A stretch of 59,549 nucleotides of DNA. It comes from a virus (taxonomy: Duplodnaviria; Caudoviricetes). The notes beneath the pieces are model-generated. The model searched no databases and had not been told where the DNA came from. It saw only the letters and a program-made list of their open reading frames with translations. The stretch is from the IMG/VR virus record IMGVR_UViG_3300042465_001115, positions 1 to 59,549 of that record; one strand, 5' to 3'. Positions 52,646 through 59,549 of this stretch are shown here, piece after piece (the stretch's first letter is position 1; each line of letters starts with the position of its first letter). Made by a program: the position numbers and the translations under genes.

Positions 52646-53794
52646 ATGACAAGCGTAGTAGCCGTCAAGCCCAAGACCCTGGACCCCCGCAAGGAGTCCA
52701 CCCTCAAGACCCGCCTTGCCAAGGCGAAGACTGCTCTCATCCTGGAGCATCCCTTCGTCGGCACGGTGGCCCTGTCCATGCCCTTCACCCTGTCGTTCGA
52801 CATCCCCACGGCAGCGACGAACGGCAAGCGTGTGCTGTTCAACCCGGAGTTCATCGACAAGTTGTCGGATGAGGAACTCAAGTTCCTCGTGGCCCACGAG
52901 TGCTTCCACCCCATGCTGGAGCACAACTACCGGCGACATGGCCGTGACCACGGGAAGTGGAACCGTGCCGCTGACTACGTGATCAACCAACTGTTGACCG
53001 ACGAGAAGATCGGCAAGATGCCCAGCATGGGCCTGCTGGACAAGAGCATCTACATCGCAGGGCACGGCACCTCGGACGGGATCTACAACATCCTGCCCGA
53101 AGATCAGGGCGACGGGCAAGGACCCGGCCCTCTCGATGACTGCGAGGACGCCGAGGGTACTCCTGCTGACCAAGCGCAACAGGCTGCGGAGTGGAAGGTC
53201 CGTGTGGCCCAGGCTGCACAGGCTGCTCGGATGATGGGCAAGATGTCGACCAACATGGAGCGTGTGGTCGGTGAGGTGTTGCAGCCCAAGGTGGACTGGC
53301 GAGACGTGCTGCAACGCTTCCTCGTGAAGTGCAAGGATGACTCTCGGTCCTGGGCTCGGTTCAACCGACGCTTCCTGCCGCAGGGTCTGTACCTGCCCAC
53401 TGCCAGTGGTGAGCGCATGGGTCCCATCGTCTTCGCTGTGGACTGCTCAGGGTCCATCGGTGACAAGGAGATCGCCCAGTTCGCTGCCGAGATCCGCGTG
53501 GTCAAGGAGGACCTCAACCCCGAGTGCATCCACGTGGTGTACTTCGACAGTGAGGTGTGCCACGCCGAGCAGTACGGTCCTGACGATCCGCTGGACATCA
53601 AGCCCCACGGTGGTGGAGGGACCGACTTCGCTCCGGTGTTCGCTCACATCGTGGAGCAGGGCATCGAGCCCGTTGCCATTGCGTTCCTCACCGACCTGTG
53701 CTGCAACAGCTTCGGCATCCAGCCTGCGGCTCCCGTCCTGTGGGTCACCACGGAACCGGGCAAGGCACCCTTCGGTGAAGTGGTGGAGATGTGA
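52646..53794 (+). CDS. Metallopeptidase-like plus VWA domain protein (DUF2201-type)
   Basis: TAATNG, AHECFH (HExxH), DCSGS MIDAS, GGGGTDF, LTD. Confidence 0.85.
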   Translation: MTSVVAVKPKTLDPRKESTLKTRLAKAKTALILEHPFVGTVALSMPFTLSFDIPTAATNGKRVLFNPEFIDKLSDEELKFLVAHECFHPMLEHNYRRHGRDHGKWNRAADYVINQLLTDEKIGKMPSMGLLDKSIYIAGHGTSDGIYNILPEDQGDGQGPGPLDDCEDAEGTPADQAQQAAEWKVRVAQAAQAARMMGKMSTNMERVVGEVLQPKVDWRDVLQRFLVKCKDDSRSWARFNRRFLPQGLYLPTASGERMGPIVFAVDCSGSIGDKEIAQFAAEIRVVKEDLNPECIHVVYFDSEVCHAEQYGPDDPLDIKPHGGGGTDFAPVFAHIVEQGIEPVAIAFLTDLCCNSFGIQPAAPVLWVTTEPGKAPFGEVVEM

Positions 53795-54027
53795 TGCTGG
53801 ACATCGGTGATGACGTGACGGAACTCGCCAATGACATTGGCGAGGTGATCGACGGTGGAGACTTCGACACCGTCATGAATGCCCTCGTGTACCTCATCGT
53901 GCACGGCGGGCTCAACTCAGGCAATACCAAGGAGGAGTTCCTCGGCAAGGTGACACAACAAAGCTCGGACATCTGGGACGTACTCAAGATGGCCGGTGAC
54001 CCCTCGACCTCGATCAGACACAACTAG
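53791..54027 (+). CDS. Acidic hypothetical protein
   Basis: Coupled to the upstream gene. Confidence 0.65.
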   Translation: MMLDIGDDVTELANDIGEVIDGGDFDTVMNALVYLIVHGGLNSGNTKEEFLGKVTQQSSDIWDVLKMAGDPSTSIRHN

Positions 54028-54029
54028 GA

Positions 54030-54692
54030 GTGAACATGGCAGTCGTACGAATCTCTGACTCCCTGAAGAATGACATCGTCAACAACGCACGTAACTCTTT
54101 CCGATCCCAGGTGATCGCAGTGGCTCACTTCCAGTGCCCGCCTGAGGTGATGACGGGTGACCGCATCCTCAATGCATTCATCGGGGTGGAGAACCTGGAG
54201 CGCATGAACTTGTTGCCCGTTGGGTACTTCAAGGAGGTGGAGAAGGTCAAGATCATGCGCATCATGACCTCCAGTTCCAGCAACATCCTGCTCCAGAAGG
54301 ACTTCCCCCTCAGCGGCAAGCGACGTGTGCCCTACGATCCGCAGTCCAACAACATCCAGTACATAAGCAACGGCTACTCCCCGACGTTCCAGGCAACGCT
54401 GGATCCGTTCTGGGATGAGATGCGTGCCCTGGCCATTGCGTGGCATGAGAAGAAGACCGCTACGGCGAAGCGGCAGGAGGAGTTCGTGACCTCCGTCAAG
54501 ACCATCCTCGGTCAGTTCACCACGCTGGCTCCTGCCCTCAAGGCGTGGCCTGCCCTGTGGGATCTTGTACCGGAGAAGGACAAGGAGCGGCACCGCACCG
54601 TGGTGTCCAGGGAGAAGGCTTCCGCTGACCTGTCCGGGGTGGACCTCAACAAGCTCACGGCCCTGGCTACCCAGGCCAAGATGATCCGCTGA
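54030..54692 (+). CDS. Probable Nmad5 (nucleotide-modification-associated domain 5) protein
   Basis: C-terminal TTLAPALKAWPAL..VP pattern, recognised from memory. Confidence 0.55.
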   Translation: MNMAVVRISDSLKNDIVNNARNSFRSQVIAVAHFQCPPEVMTGDRILNAFIGVENLERMNLLPVGYFKEVEKVKIMRIMTSSSSNILLQKDFPLSGKRRVPYDPQSNNIQYISNGYSPTFQATLDPFWDEMRALAIAWHEKKTATAKRQEEFVTSVKTILGQFTTLAPALKAWPALWDLVPEKDKERHRTVVSREKASADLSGVDLNKLTALATQAKMIR

Positions 54693-54701
54693 GGAGGGGC
54701 T

Positions 54702-55469
54702 ATGTTTCACAGCTACGCTGACGTTACCAAGTGGTTCACTCCCCGCGACCCCGAAAGGGGTAAGCAACTGACATCCTTCCTCAGGATGTACGTGGAAGAT
54801 GGCCTCCCCACCATCTACTTCGCCACCCCATCCCACAAGGGTGAGGCTCTGTGTCGCATCTACCCTGATGACACGGTGAAGTTCGTTGCCTCGGTTGCCA
54901 CACTGCGAGCCCGCATCGTGACAGTAGGTTCCACCCTTCCCAGGATCATGCGGTTCTGGTTTGCCCGGATATCGAAGGGCCGGTATGCATGCGTCCCGCT
55001 CACCCTGGGAGGACGGTATGGCGACCCGAAGGGAGGGTACGAATACTTCCCTGGGCTCAAGTTCAACATGAGCAGCGGTGCGTGCCTCAACCCCTTGGAG
55101 TACGAGGAGGACCCGGAGCGCAAGAAGTTGTGGCTTGCGTGTCTGCGCAAGTTCAAGAACAACATCCGAACACGTGCCAAGATCGGTGCGCTGGATACCT
55201 TCTGCGCCTCACTACCCATGCCGATTACGGAGAAACCCCAATGGGACTCCGAGGGATGGCGGAACAAACTGTACGGCTGCATCCGGAACAACACGGTGGA
55301 CAACGAGATCCTCATCGGCTTCGCTGCCTCTGCCACATCGTTCCCCTTCTGGGGTAGCAGGTCGAAGGTGGACGGGCAGAAGATCCTGGATGCCATGAAC
55401 TCGGTGTGCGATGAGCAGAGCCGTGCCATGCGTGTGATGTTTGGTGCACTGCGTGAGCGACGTACCTGA
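54702..55469 (+). CDS. Hypothetical protein, 255 aa
   Basis: GAGGAGG RBS. Confidence 0.75.
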   Translation: MFHSYADVTKWFTPRDPERGKQLTSFLRMYVEDGLPTIYFATPSHKGEALCRIYPDDTVKFVASVATLRARIVTVGSTLPRIMRFWFARISKGRYACVPLTLGGRYGDPKGGYEYFPGLKFNMSSGACLNPLEYEEDPERKKLWLACLRKFKNNIRTRAKIGALDTFCASLPMPITEKPQWDSEGWRNKLYGCIRNNTVDNEILIGFAASATSFPFWGSRSKVDGQKILDAMNSVCDEQSRAMRVMFGALRERRT

Positions 55470-55623
55470 GGACGATACAAGAGACGAACCACGACCTCCC
55501 GGAATGACGTTGGCTGAGTGGCTGTGGCCGTTCAAGACCGACGCACAACGGGAGGTTGTGGCTCGATGGTTCAAACGTAAAGACGCTGAGGCACGAGGCC
55601 AAGGCGAGGAGGCTCTGATGTGA
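55453..55623 (+). CDS. Hypothetical protein, about 56 aa
   Basis: Fills the gap; WPF motif; coupled to the next gene. Confidence 0.55.
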   Translation: MSDVPEDDTRDEPRPPGMTLAEWLWPFKTDAQREVVARWFKRKDAEARGQGEEALM

Positions 55624-55841
55624 GTGCGAATGATGTGCAAGTAGGTGGTGACCACTACCGCAACAAGACGATTCAGCCGTGGGATGCGATGGAGGCATGG
55701 ATGTCCCCCGAACGGGTCAAGGGATTCATGCAGGGCAACGTCATCAAGTACGTTGCCCGATACGTGGAGAAGGGAGGGGTGGAGGACCTGCGCAAGGCGA
55801 GGCACTACCTCGACAAGCTCATCGAACTGGAGATCTCGTGA
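55620..55841 (+). CDS. DUF3310 / SaV-like protein (T7 gp1.7 nucleotide-kinase-related)
   Basis: QVGGDHY..GNVIKYVARY..KGGVEDLRKA..YL. Confidence 0.85.
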   Translation: MSANDVQVGGDHYRNKTIQPWDAMEAWMSPERVKGFMQGNVIKYVARYVEKGGVEDLRKARHYLDKLIELEIS

Positions 55842-56071
55842 GCCACATCACCAACAACACGTCCAGTGGTGGTCCATTCGGAGTAACGGGTCTGAAGGCT
55901 GGAAGCAGCCTCATCCTCACCAAGGTAGACGGCACACAAGTAGAACTCGACGGTGAACAACTCACCTTTCTGCTCGACATGATGGGCTTCCTGCGGTTCG
56001 TAGTGAACGCAGACCCACACCTCAAGGAACTCCTCACCGCGTACAAGACGCAGAAACGGATACTGGAATGA
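55838..56071 (+). CDS. Hypothetical protein, 77 aa
   Basis: GGAG RBS; GTGA coupling. Confidence 0.65.
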   Translation: MSHITNNTSSGGPFGVTGLKAGSSLILTKVDGTQVELDGEQLTFLLDMMGFLRFVVNADPHLKELLTAYKTQKRILE

Positions 56072-56244
56072 GCGAAGAACTATTCGACTACGCACCCATC
56101 ATGACCAAGATGGAGCGCCTCCTCAAGGAGATCCACAAGAACTTCCTGGATGGTAAGCCTGAGGAGAATCTGCCCCTCATCGAAGAGCTTGCTGTTGAAG
56201 CACGCCTGCTGCGGGTCTACACCTTGGGGGTGGTGGGGAAATGA
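56068..56244 (+). CDS. Hypothetical protein, 58 aa (MSEELFDYAP...)
   Basis: ATGA overlaps at both ends; absent from the ORF track. Confidence 0.7.
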   Translation: MSEELFDYAPIMTKMERLLKEIHKNFLDGKPEENLPLIEELAVEARLLRVYTLGVVGK

Positions 56245-56480
56245 GTACTTATCGTGATCCGTTCTACCTGGAGGACATGGCCCGACGTATTGGTCATGAC
56301 CCACGGGAGATTGCGTACTACCTAGAGAAGTTGTCGAACCGTATGCGTGCTCTCGAGGAGAAGGTGAGTCAAGCTCCATCGCTATACACGTTTGTGACCA
56401 CCAACTACCCGGAGATCGTGGAGCAGTTCGAACGGGTGCAAGCCACGAAGAAGCGCCTCGGGGCTAAGGAGAAGCCGTGA
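56241..56480 (+). CDS. Hypothetical protein, 79 aa
   Basis: Coupled at both ends. Confidence 0.7.
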   Translation: MSTYRDPFYLEDMARRIGHDPREIAYYLEKLSNRMRALEEKVSQAPSLYTFVTTNYPEIVEQFERVQATKKRLGAKEKP

Positions 56481-58366
56481 TGGATGTTGCAACCATCGAC
56501 TTCGAAACGTACTACGACGATGAGTACAGCCTGTCGAAGATGACCACCGAGGCGTACGTCCGTGACCCGCGTTTCGAGATCATCGGTGTGGGGATCAAGG
56601 TCAACGACTACCCCACCGACTGGTTCACCGGGGACCACGCTGCCATCGGCAAGTTCCTCAAGGGTCTGGACTACCGCAAGCGGGCGATCCTGTGTCACAA
56701 CACAGCGTTCGATGGTGCCATCCTCTCGTGGCACTTCGGCATCAAGCCCAGGCTGTGGCTTGACACCCTCAGCATGGCACGCCCGAACCACAACGTCACT
56801 GTGGGCGGCAGTCTCGCTGCGCTCACCGCGTACTACGGCATCGGCAAGAAGGGGGATGAGGTCGTTGCTGCCAAGGGTAAGCGGCGTGCGGACTTCACCG
56901 AGCGTGACCTTGATCAGTACGGGCAGTACTGCATCAACGACGTGAACATGACCAAGCAGTTGTTCGACAAGCTCAAGGTGGGCTTCCCCGCCAGTGAGTT
57001 GCTGGTCATCGACCAGACGCTGCGCATGTACACCGAGCCGGTAATCGAACTCGACGTGCCCCTGCTGGAGGACCACCTGAAGGAGGTGCGTGCACGCAAG
57101 CAAGCACTGCTGGACAAGTTGTTGGTGGTGTATGGGGATGGGCCTGTGGCTATGTCCCATACGTTGATGAGCAACGAGGCCTTCGCTCAGATGCTGGGGA
57201 ACCTCGGCGTGGATCCACCGAGGAAGATCAGCCGCACCACTGGCAACATGACGTGGGCACTGGCGAAGACCGACAAGGGTATGACCGACTTGCTGGAACA
57301 TCCTGATGAGCGTGTGCAGAGTCTTGTGGCTGCTCGTCTCGGAGTCAAGTCCACCATCGAGGAGACTCGGACCGAAGCCCTCATCGGTGTGGCTGGGCGT
57401 GGCCGACTGCCCATCATGCTGAACTACTACGGTGCCCACACGGGTCGGTTCAGTGGCGGCGACAAGCTCAACCTTCAGAACCTGCCGAGCCGTGGTAACA
57501 CGACGATACGGCGCGCACTGAAGGCACCACCGGACCACAAGATCATTGCCTGTGATTCCTCGCAGATCGAGGCTCGCATGGTGGCGTACATCGCAGGACA
57601 GGAGGACTTGCTGCAAGCGTTCCGTGAGAAGCGTGACGTGTACTCGGAGTTCGCATCCAAGGTGTACGGACGGGACATCACGAAGAAGGACAAGATCGAA
57701 CGGTTCGTAGGCAAGACTTGCATCCTCGGCCTGGGCTACGGCATGGGTGCCGAGAAGTTCCGGCGCACCCTGGAGATCGGACAGGGTGGAGTGAACGTGG
57801 TGATCGACATCCACGAAGCCGAGCGGATCGTCAGGCTGTACCGGCAGGAGAACTGGAAGATCGTGCAGTTGTGGCAGCGGTGCGGCAATGCCCTGAGCAA
57901 CATGGTCTTCGGTACTGGTGGCGAGATCCACCCGCTGCTGCCCTACGACAAGGACGGCATCCACCTGCCGAGCAGGTTCAAGGTCCAATATCCTGCACTG
58001 CGGCAGAACGGCAGCGGCTTCGAATACATCTCGGACGCACGGTCATACCGCAAGGCGCTCAAGGAACGCATCACTGGTGGTGACATCGAGGACATCCCGT
58101 GGACGAAGATCTACGGAGGCAAGGTGGTGGAGAACTGCATCCAGGCACTCGCAGCCATCGTCATCCGTGAGCAGATGGCGACCATCGGGCAGCACTACCG
58201 GGCAGCGTTCCAGGTGCACGACGAGATCATTATCACTGCGAAGAAGGAATACGCAGCAGTGGCGGTGCGGCAACTTGTTGCTGTGATGTCAACCCCGCCC
58301 AAGTGGGCACCCGACCTACCGGTTGCGTGTGAGTCCGGTATGGCTGACAACTATGGAGATACGTGA
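56477..58366 (+). CDS. Family A DNA polymerase with 3'-5' exonuclease
   Basis: DFETY, HNTAFD, TGRFS, NLQNLP, DSSQIEAR, KTCILGLGYG, VHDE. Confidence 0.92.
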   Translation: MMDVATIDFETYYDDEYSLSKMTTEAYVRDPRFEIIGVGIKVNDYPTDWFTGDHAAIGKFLKGLDYRKRAILCHNTAFDGAILSWHFGIKPRLWLDTLSMARPNHNVTVGGSLAALTAYYGIGKKGDEVVAAKGKRRADFTERDLDQYGQYCINDVNMTKQLFDKLKVGFPASELLVIDQTLRMYTEPVIELDVPLLEDHLKEVRARKQALLDKLLVVYGDGPVAMSHTLMSNEAFAQMLGNLGVDPPRKISRTTGNMTWALAKTDKGMTDLLEHPDERVQSLVAARLGVKSTIEETRTEALIGVAGRGRLPIMLNYYGAHTGRFSGGDKLNLQNLPSRGNTTIRRALKAPPDHKIIACDSSQIEARMVAYIAGQEDLLQAFREKRDVYSEFASKVYGRDITKKDKIERFVGKTCILGLGYGMGAEKFRRTLEIGQGGVNVVIDIHEAERIVRLYRQENWKIVQLWQRCGNALSNMVFGTGGEIHPLLPYDKDGIHLPSRFKVQYPALRQNGSGFEYISDARSYRKALKERITGGDIEDIPWTKIYGGKVVENCIQALAAIVIREQMATIGQHYRAAFQVHDEIIITAKKEYAAVAVRQLVAVMSTPPKWAPDLPVACESGMADNYGDT

Positions 58367-58563
58367 TGAGCAGGATACCGAAAGGACTTGACCAGCAGGG
58401 CAGGCATCCCGAAGCCGCTGAAGCAGCGACTGATCTCGGCATCGAGGAACCCGAGGAGCCTGATCACGACATGCTGCGCATTGTGATTGACGATGTGCTT
58501 CTCGCCCTGGCCGGGATCGCTGCGATCTGCGTGGTTGTGCTGACAGCGGCGGGGTTGGTATGA
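58363..58563 (+). CDS. Small membrane-anchored protein (QQGRHP.AAEAATD)
   Basis: GGAG RBS; C-terminal TM helix. Confidence 0.7.
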   Translation: MMSRIPKGLDQQGRHPEAAEAATDLGIEEPEEPDHDMLRIVIDDVLLALAGIAAICVVVLTAAGLV

Positions 58564-58901
58564 GCACACTGGAGAAAGCCGCCCAGCAGGCGCTGGAGGC
58601 GTTGGAAGATTGGGACAGCCCTGTTGCGTTGCCAGCCATCACCGCCCTCAAGGCCGCGCTGGCGCAGCCTGAGCAGGAGCCGGTGGCGTGGCAAGGGGTG
58701 TACGACAAGACCGATCTTTTCTATCGCAAGCCACCGCAAGCTGACGTTAGGCCCCTCTACACCCACCCACCCCGCCGCGAGTGGGTTGGGCTGACGGAGG
58801 AGGAGCGGGCCGACATCTTGTTCCCCCTCACCGCAGCGGGTGCGTCGGACATGGAATGTGCCCGCGCCGTCGAGCAGGCGCTGAAGGAGCGAAACACATG
58901 A
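58560..58901 (+). CDS. Modular early protein (EQEPVAW..PLYTHPP..WVGLTEEE)
   Basis: Common modular phage motifs; ATGA coupling. Confidence 0.75.
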   Translation: MSTLEKAAQQALEALEDWDSPVALPAITALKAALAQPEQEPVAWQGVYDKTDLFYRKPPQADVRPLYTHPPRREWVGLTEEERADILFPLTAAGASDMECARAVEQALKERNT

Positions 58902-59128
58902 CCCCGACCAACAAGCTGCGCTTCGTGGAGCGCGAAGCACCGACAGAAGCACCGACATTCAGCCAAGTATTCGGGTGCGTCACCACCCGCACCGTTCGCA
59001 TCCTCCAGCAATGGTGGGAGGACAGGAACATCATGCTCACGGTGCACATCACCGACCAAGATGGAAACCCCGTGCCGTCGCCCACGCGGGGCGAGTGGCG
59101 CGATGTGCCGGTGGAGAAGGAAGCATGA
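58898..59128 (+). CDS. Hypothetical protein, 76 aa (LRFVER..ILQQWW..GEWRDVP)
   Basis: AAGGAG RBS; ATGA coupling. Confidence 0.75.
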   Translation: MTPTNKLRFVEREAPTEAPTFSQVFGCVTTRTVRILQQWWEDRNIMLTVHITDQDGNPVPSPTRGEWRDVPVEKEA

Positions 59129-59247
59129 TCCCCGCCGAATGCATGGAGTACACCGCCGTGTTCAAGACCCTGAAGCTGGAGTTTGGAATCGTGGCTATCG
59201 TGGCGCTGCTGATTGGCATCTGGATCGGGAGGCGTGGAGATGACTGA
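59125..59247 (+). CDS. Small TM protein, 40 aa
   Basis: ATGA coupling; hydrophobic helix. Confidence 0.55.
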   Translation: MIPAECMEYTAVFKTLKLEFGIVAIVALLIGIWIGRRGDD

Positions 59248-59515
59248 CCAACCCGAAGCCCTGCGGCTGGCTGATGCGCTTGAAGCGTACTGGGGCGCAG
59301 ACCTCGGCCACGACCGCGAACGACAAGCCGCCGCCGAACTGCGCCGTTTGCACGCGGAGAACGAGCGCCTGCACCAGATCAACCAGTCGCACGAGATGAA
59401 GCTGTCCGTGCGTGGGTATGAGATACAGATCGAAGACCTGAGGTTGGCGCACGCTGAACTGCACGCCCTGAACGGGAAACTGCTGGAGGCGTTGGTCAGC
59501 TTCACAAAGTCCGAC
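59240..59515 (+). CDS. 5' part of the 117-aa early protein that wraps to position 204 (MTDQPEALRLADAL...)
   Basis: GGAGG RBS; in frame with 7..204. Confidence 0.8.
59390..59515. repeat. Terminal direct repeat, right copy
   Basis: Identical to 1-126. Confidence 0.95.
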
Positions 59516-59549
59516 AACCTCAGGTCTTCGATCTGTATCTCATACCCAC
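59516..59549. other. 34-nt inverted tail, probable read chimera or assembly artefact
   Basis: Reverse complement of 23-56 (= 59412-59445). Confidence 0.8.

Noticed and set aside
59516-59549. Inverted terminal sequence as a hairpin telomere or inverted terminal repeat
   Set aside because: No protelomerase is encoded, it lies mid-gene, and it is typical of a chimeric read end.
1-59549. tRNA genes, introns/inteins, stop-codon recoding, integrase/att site
   Set aside because: No tRNA-like T-arm pattern was seen by eye in the intergenic gaps. Polymerase, TerL and helicases are uninterrupted and of normal size, and all three stop codons end genes. tRNAscan or Infernal would be needed to exclude RNA genes formally.

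Overview
The window is very probably one complete, circularly permuted dsDNA tailed-phage genome of about 59,389 bp. Bases 1-126 recur at 59390-59515, and a 34-nt inverted tail that looks like an artefact follows. It is GC-rich and podovirus-like (short tail, internal ejection proteins). A betaproteobacterial host is plausible but is inference only. Two arms diverge from a non-coding control region at about 45.95-47.6 kb. The + arm (46.3 kb across the contig junction to 8.6 kb) holds small early genes, a MoxR-type AAA+/VWA module, family A DNA polymerase, a Cas4-like nuclease, VRR-NUC, SNF2 helicase, SSB, an HTH protein and a primase-helicase. The - arm (45.95 kb down to 8.6 kb) holds terminase, portal, scaffold, capsid, two tailspikes, LamG and Gly-rich proteins, holin/M15 endolysin, tail proteins and three ejection proteins, one of 2819 aa. 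I saw no integrase, tRNA, CRISPR array or reverse transcriptase. The most notable observations are: (1) a 47-aa basic gene with its own strong RBS nested in the +1 frame of the giant ejection-protein gene; (2) twin paralogous first early genes behind twin promoters, flanking an AT-rich inverted-repeat/IHF element, with an rrn-like hairpin-boxA site; (3) a shared [YF]QxGGxV motif in unlinked late proteins; (4) repeats at gene junctions that carry RBS and start codons; and (5) a split ribosomal bL12-like domain. All family names come from motif recognition by eye, not database searches.
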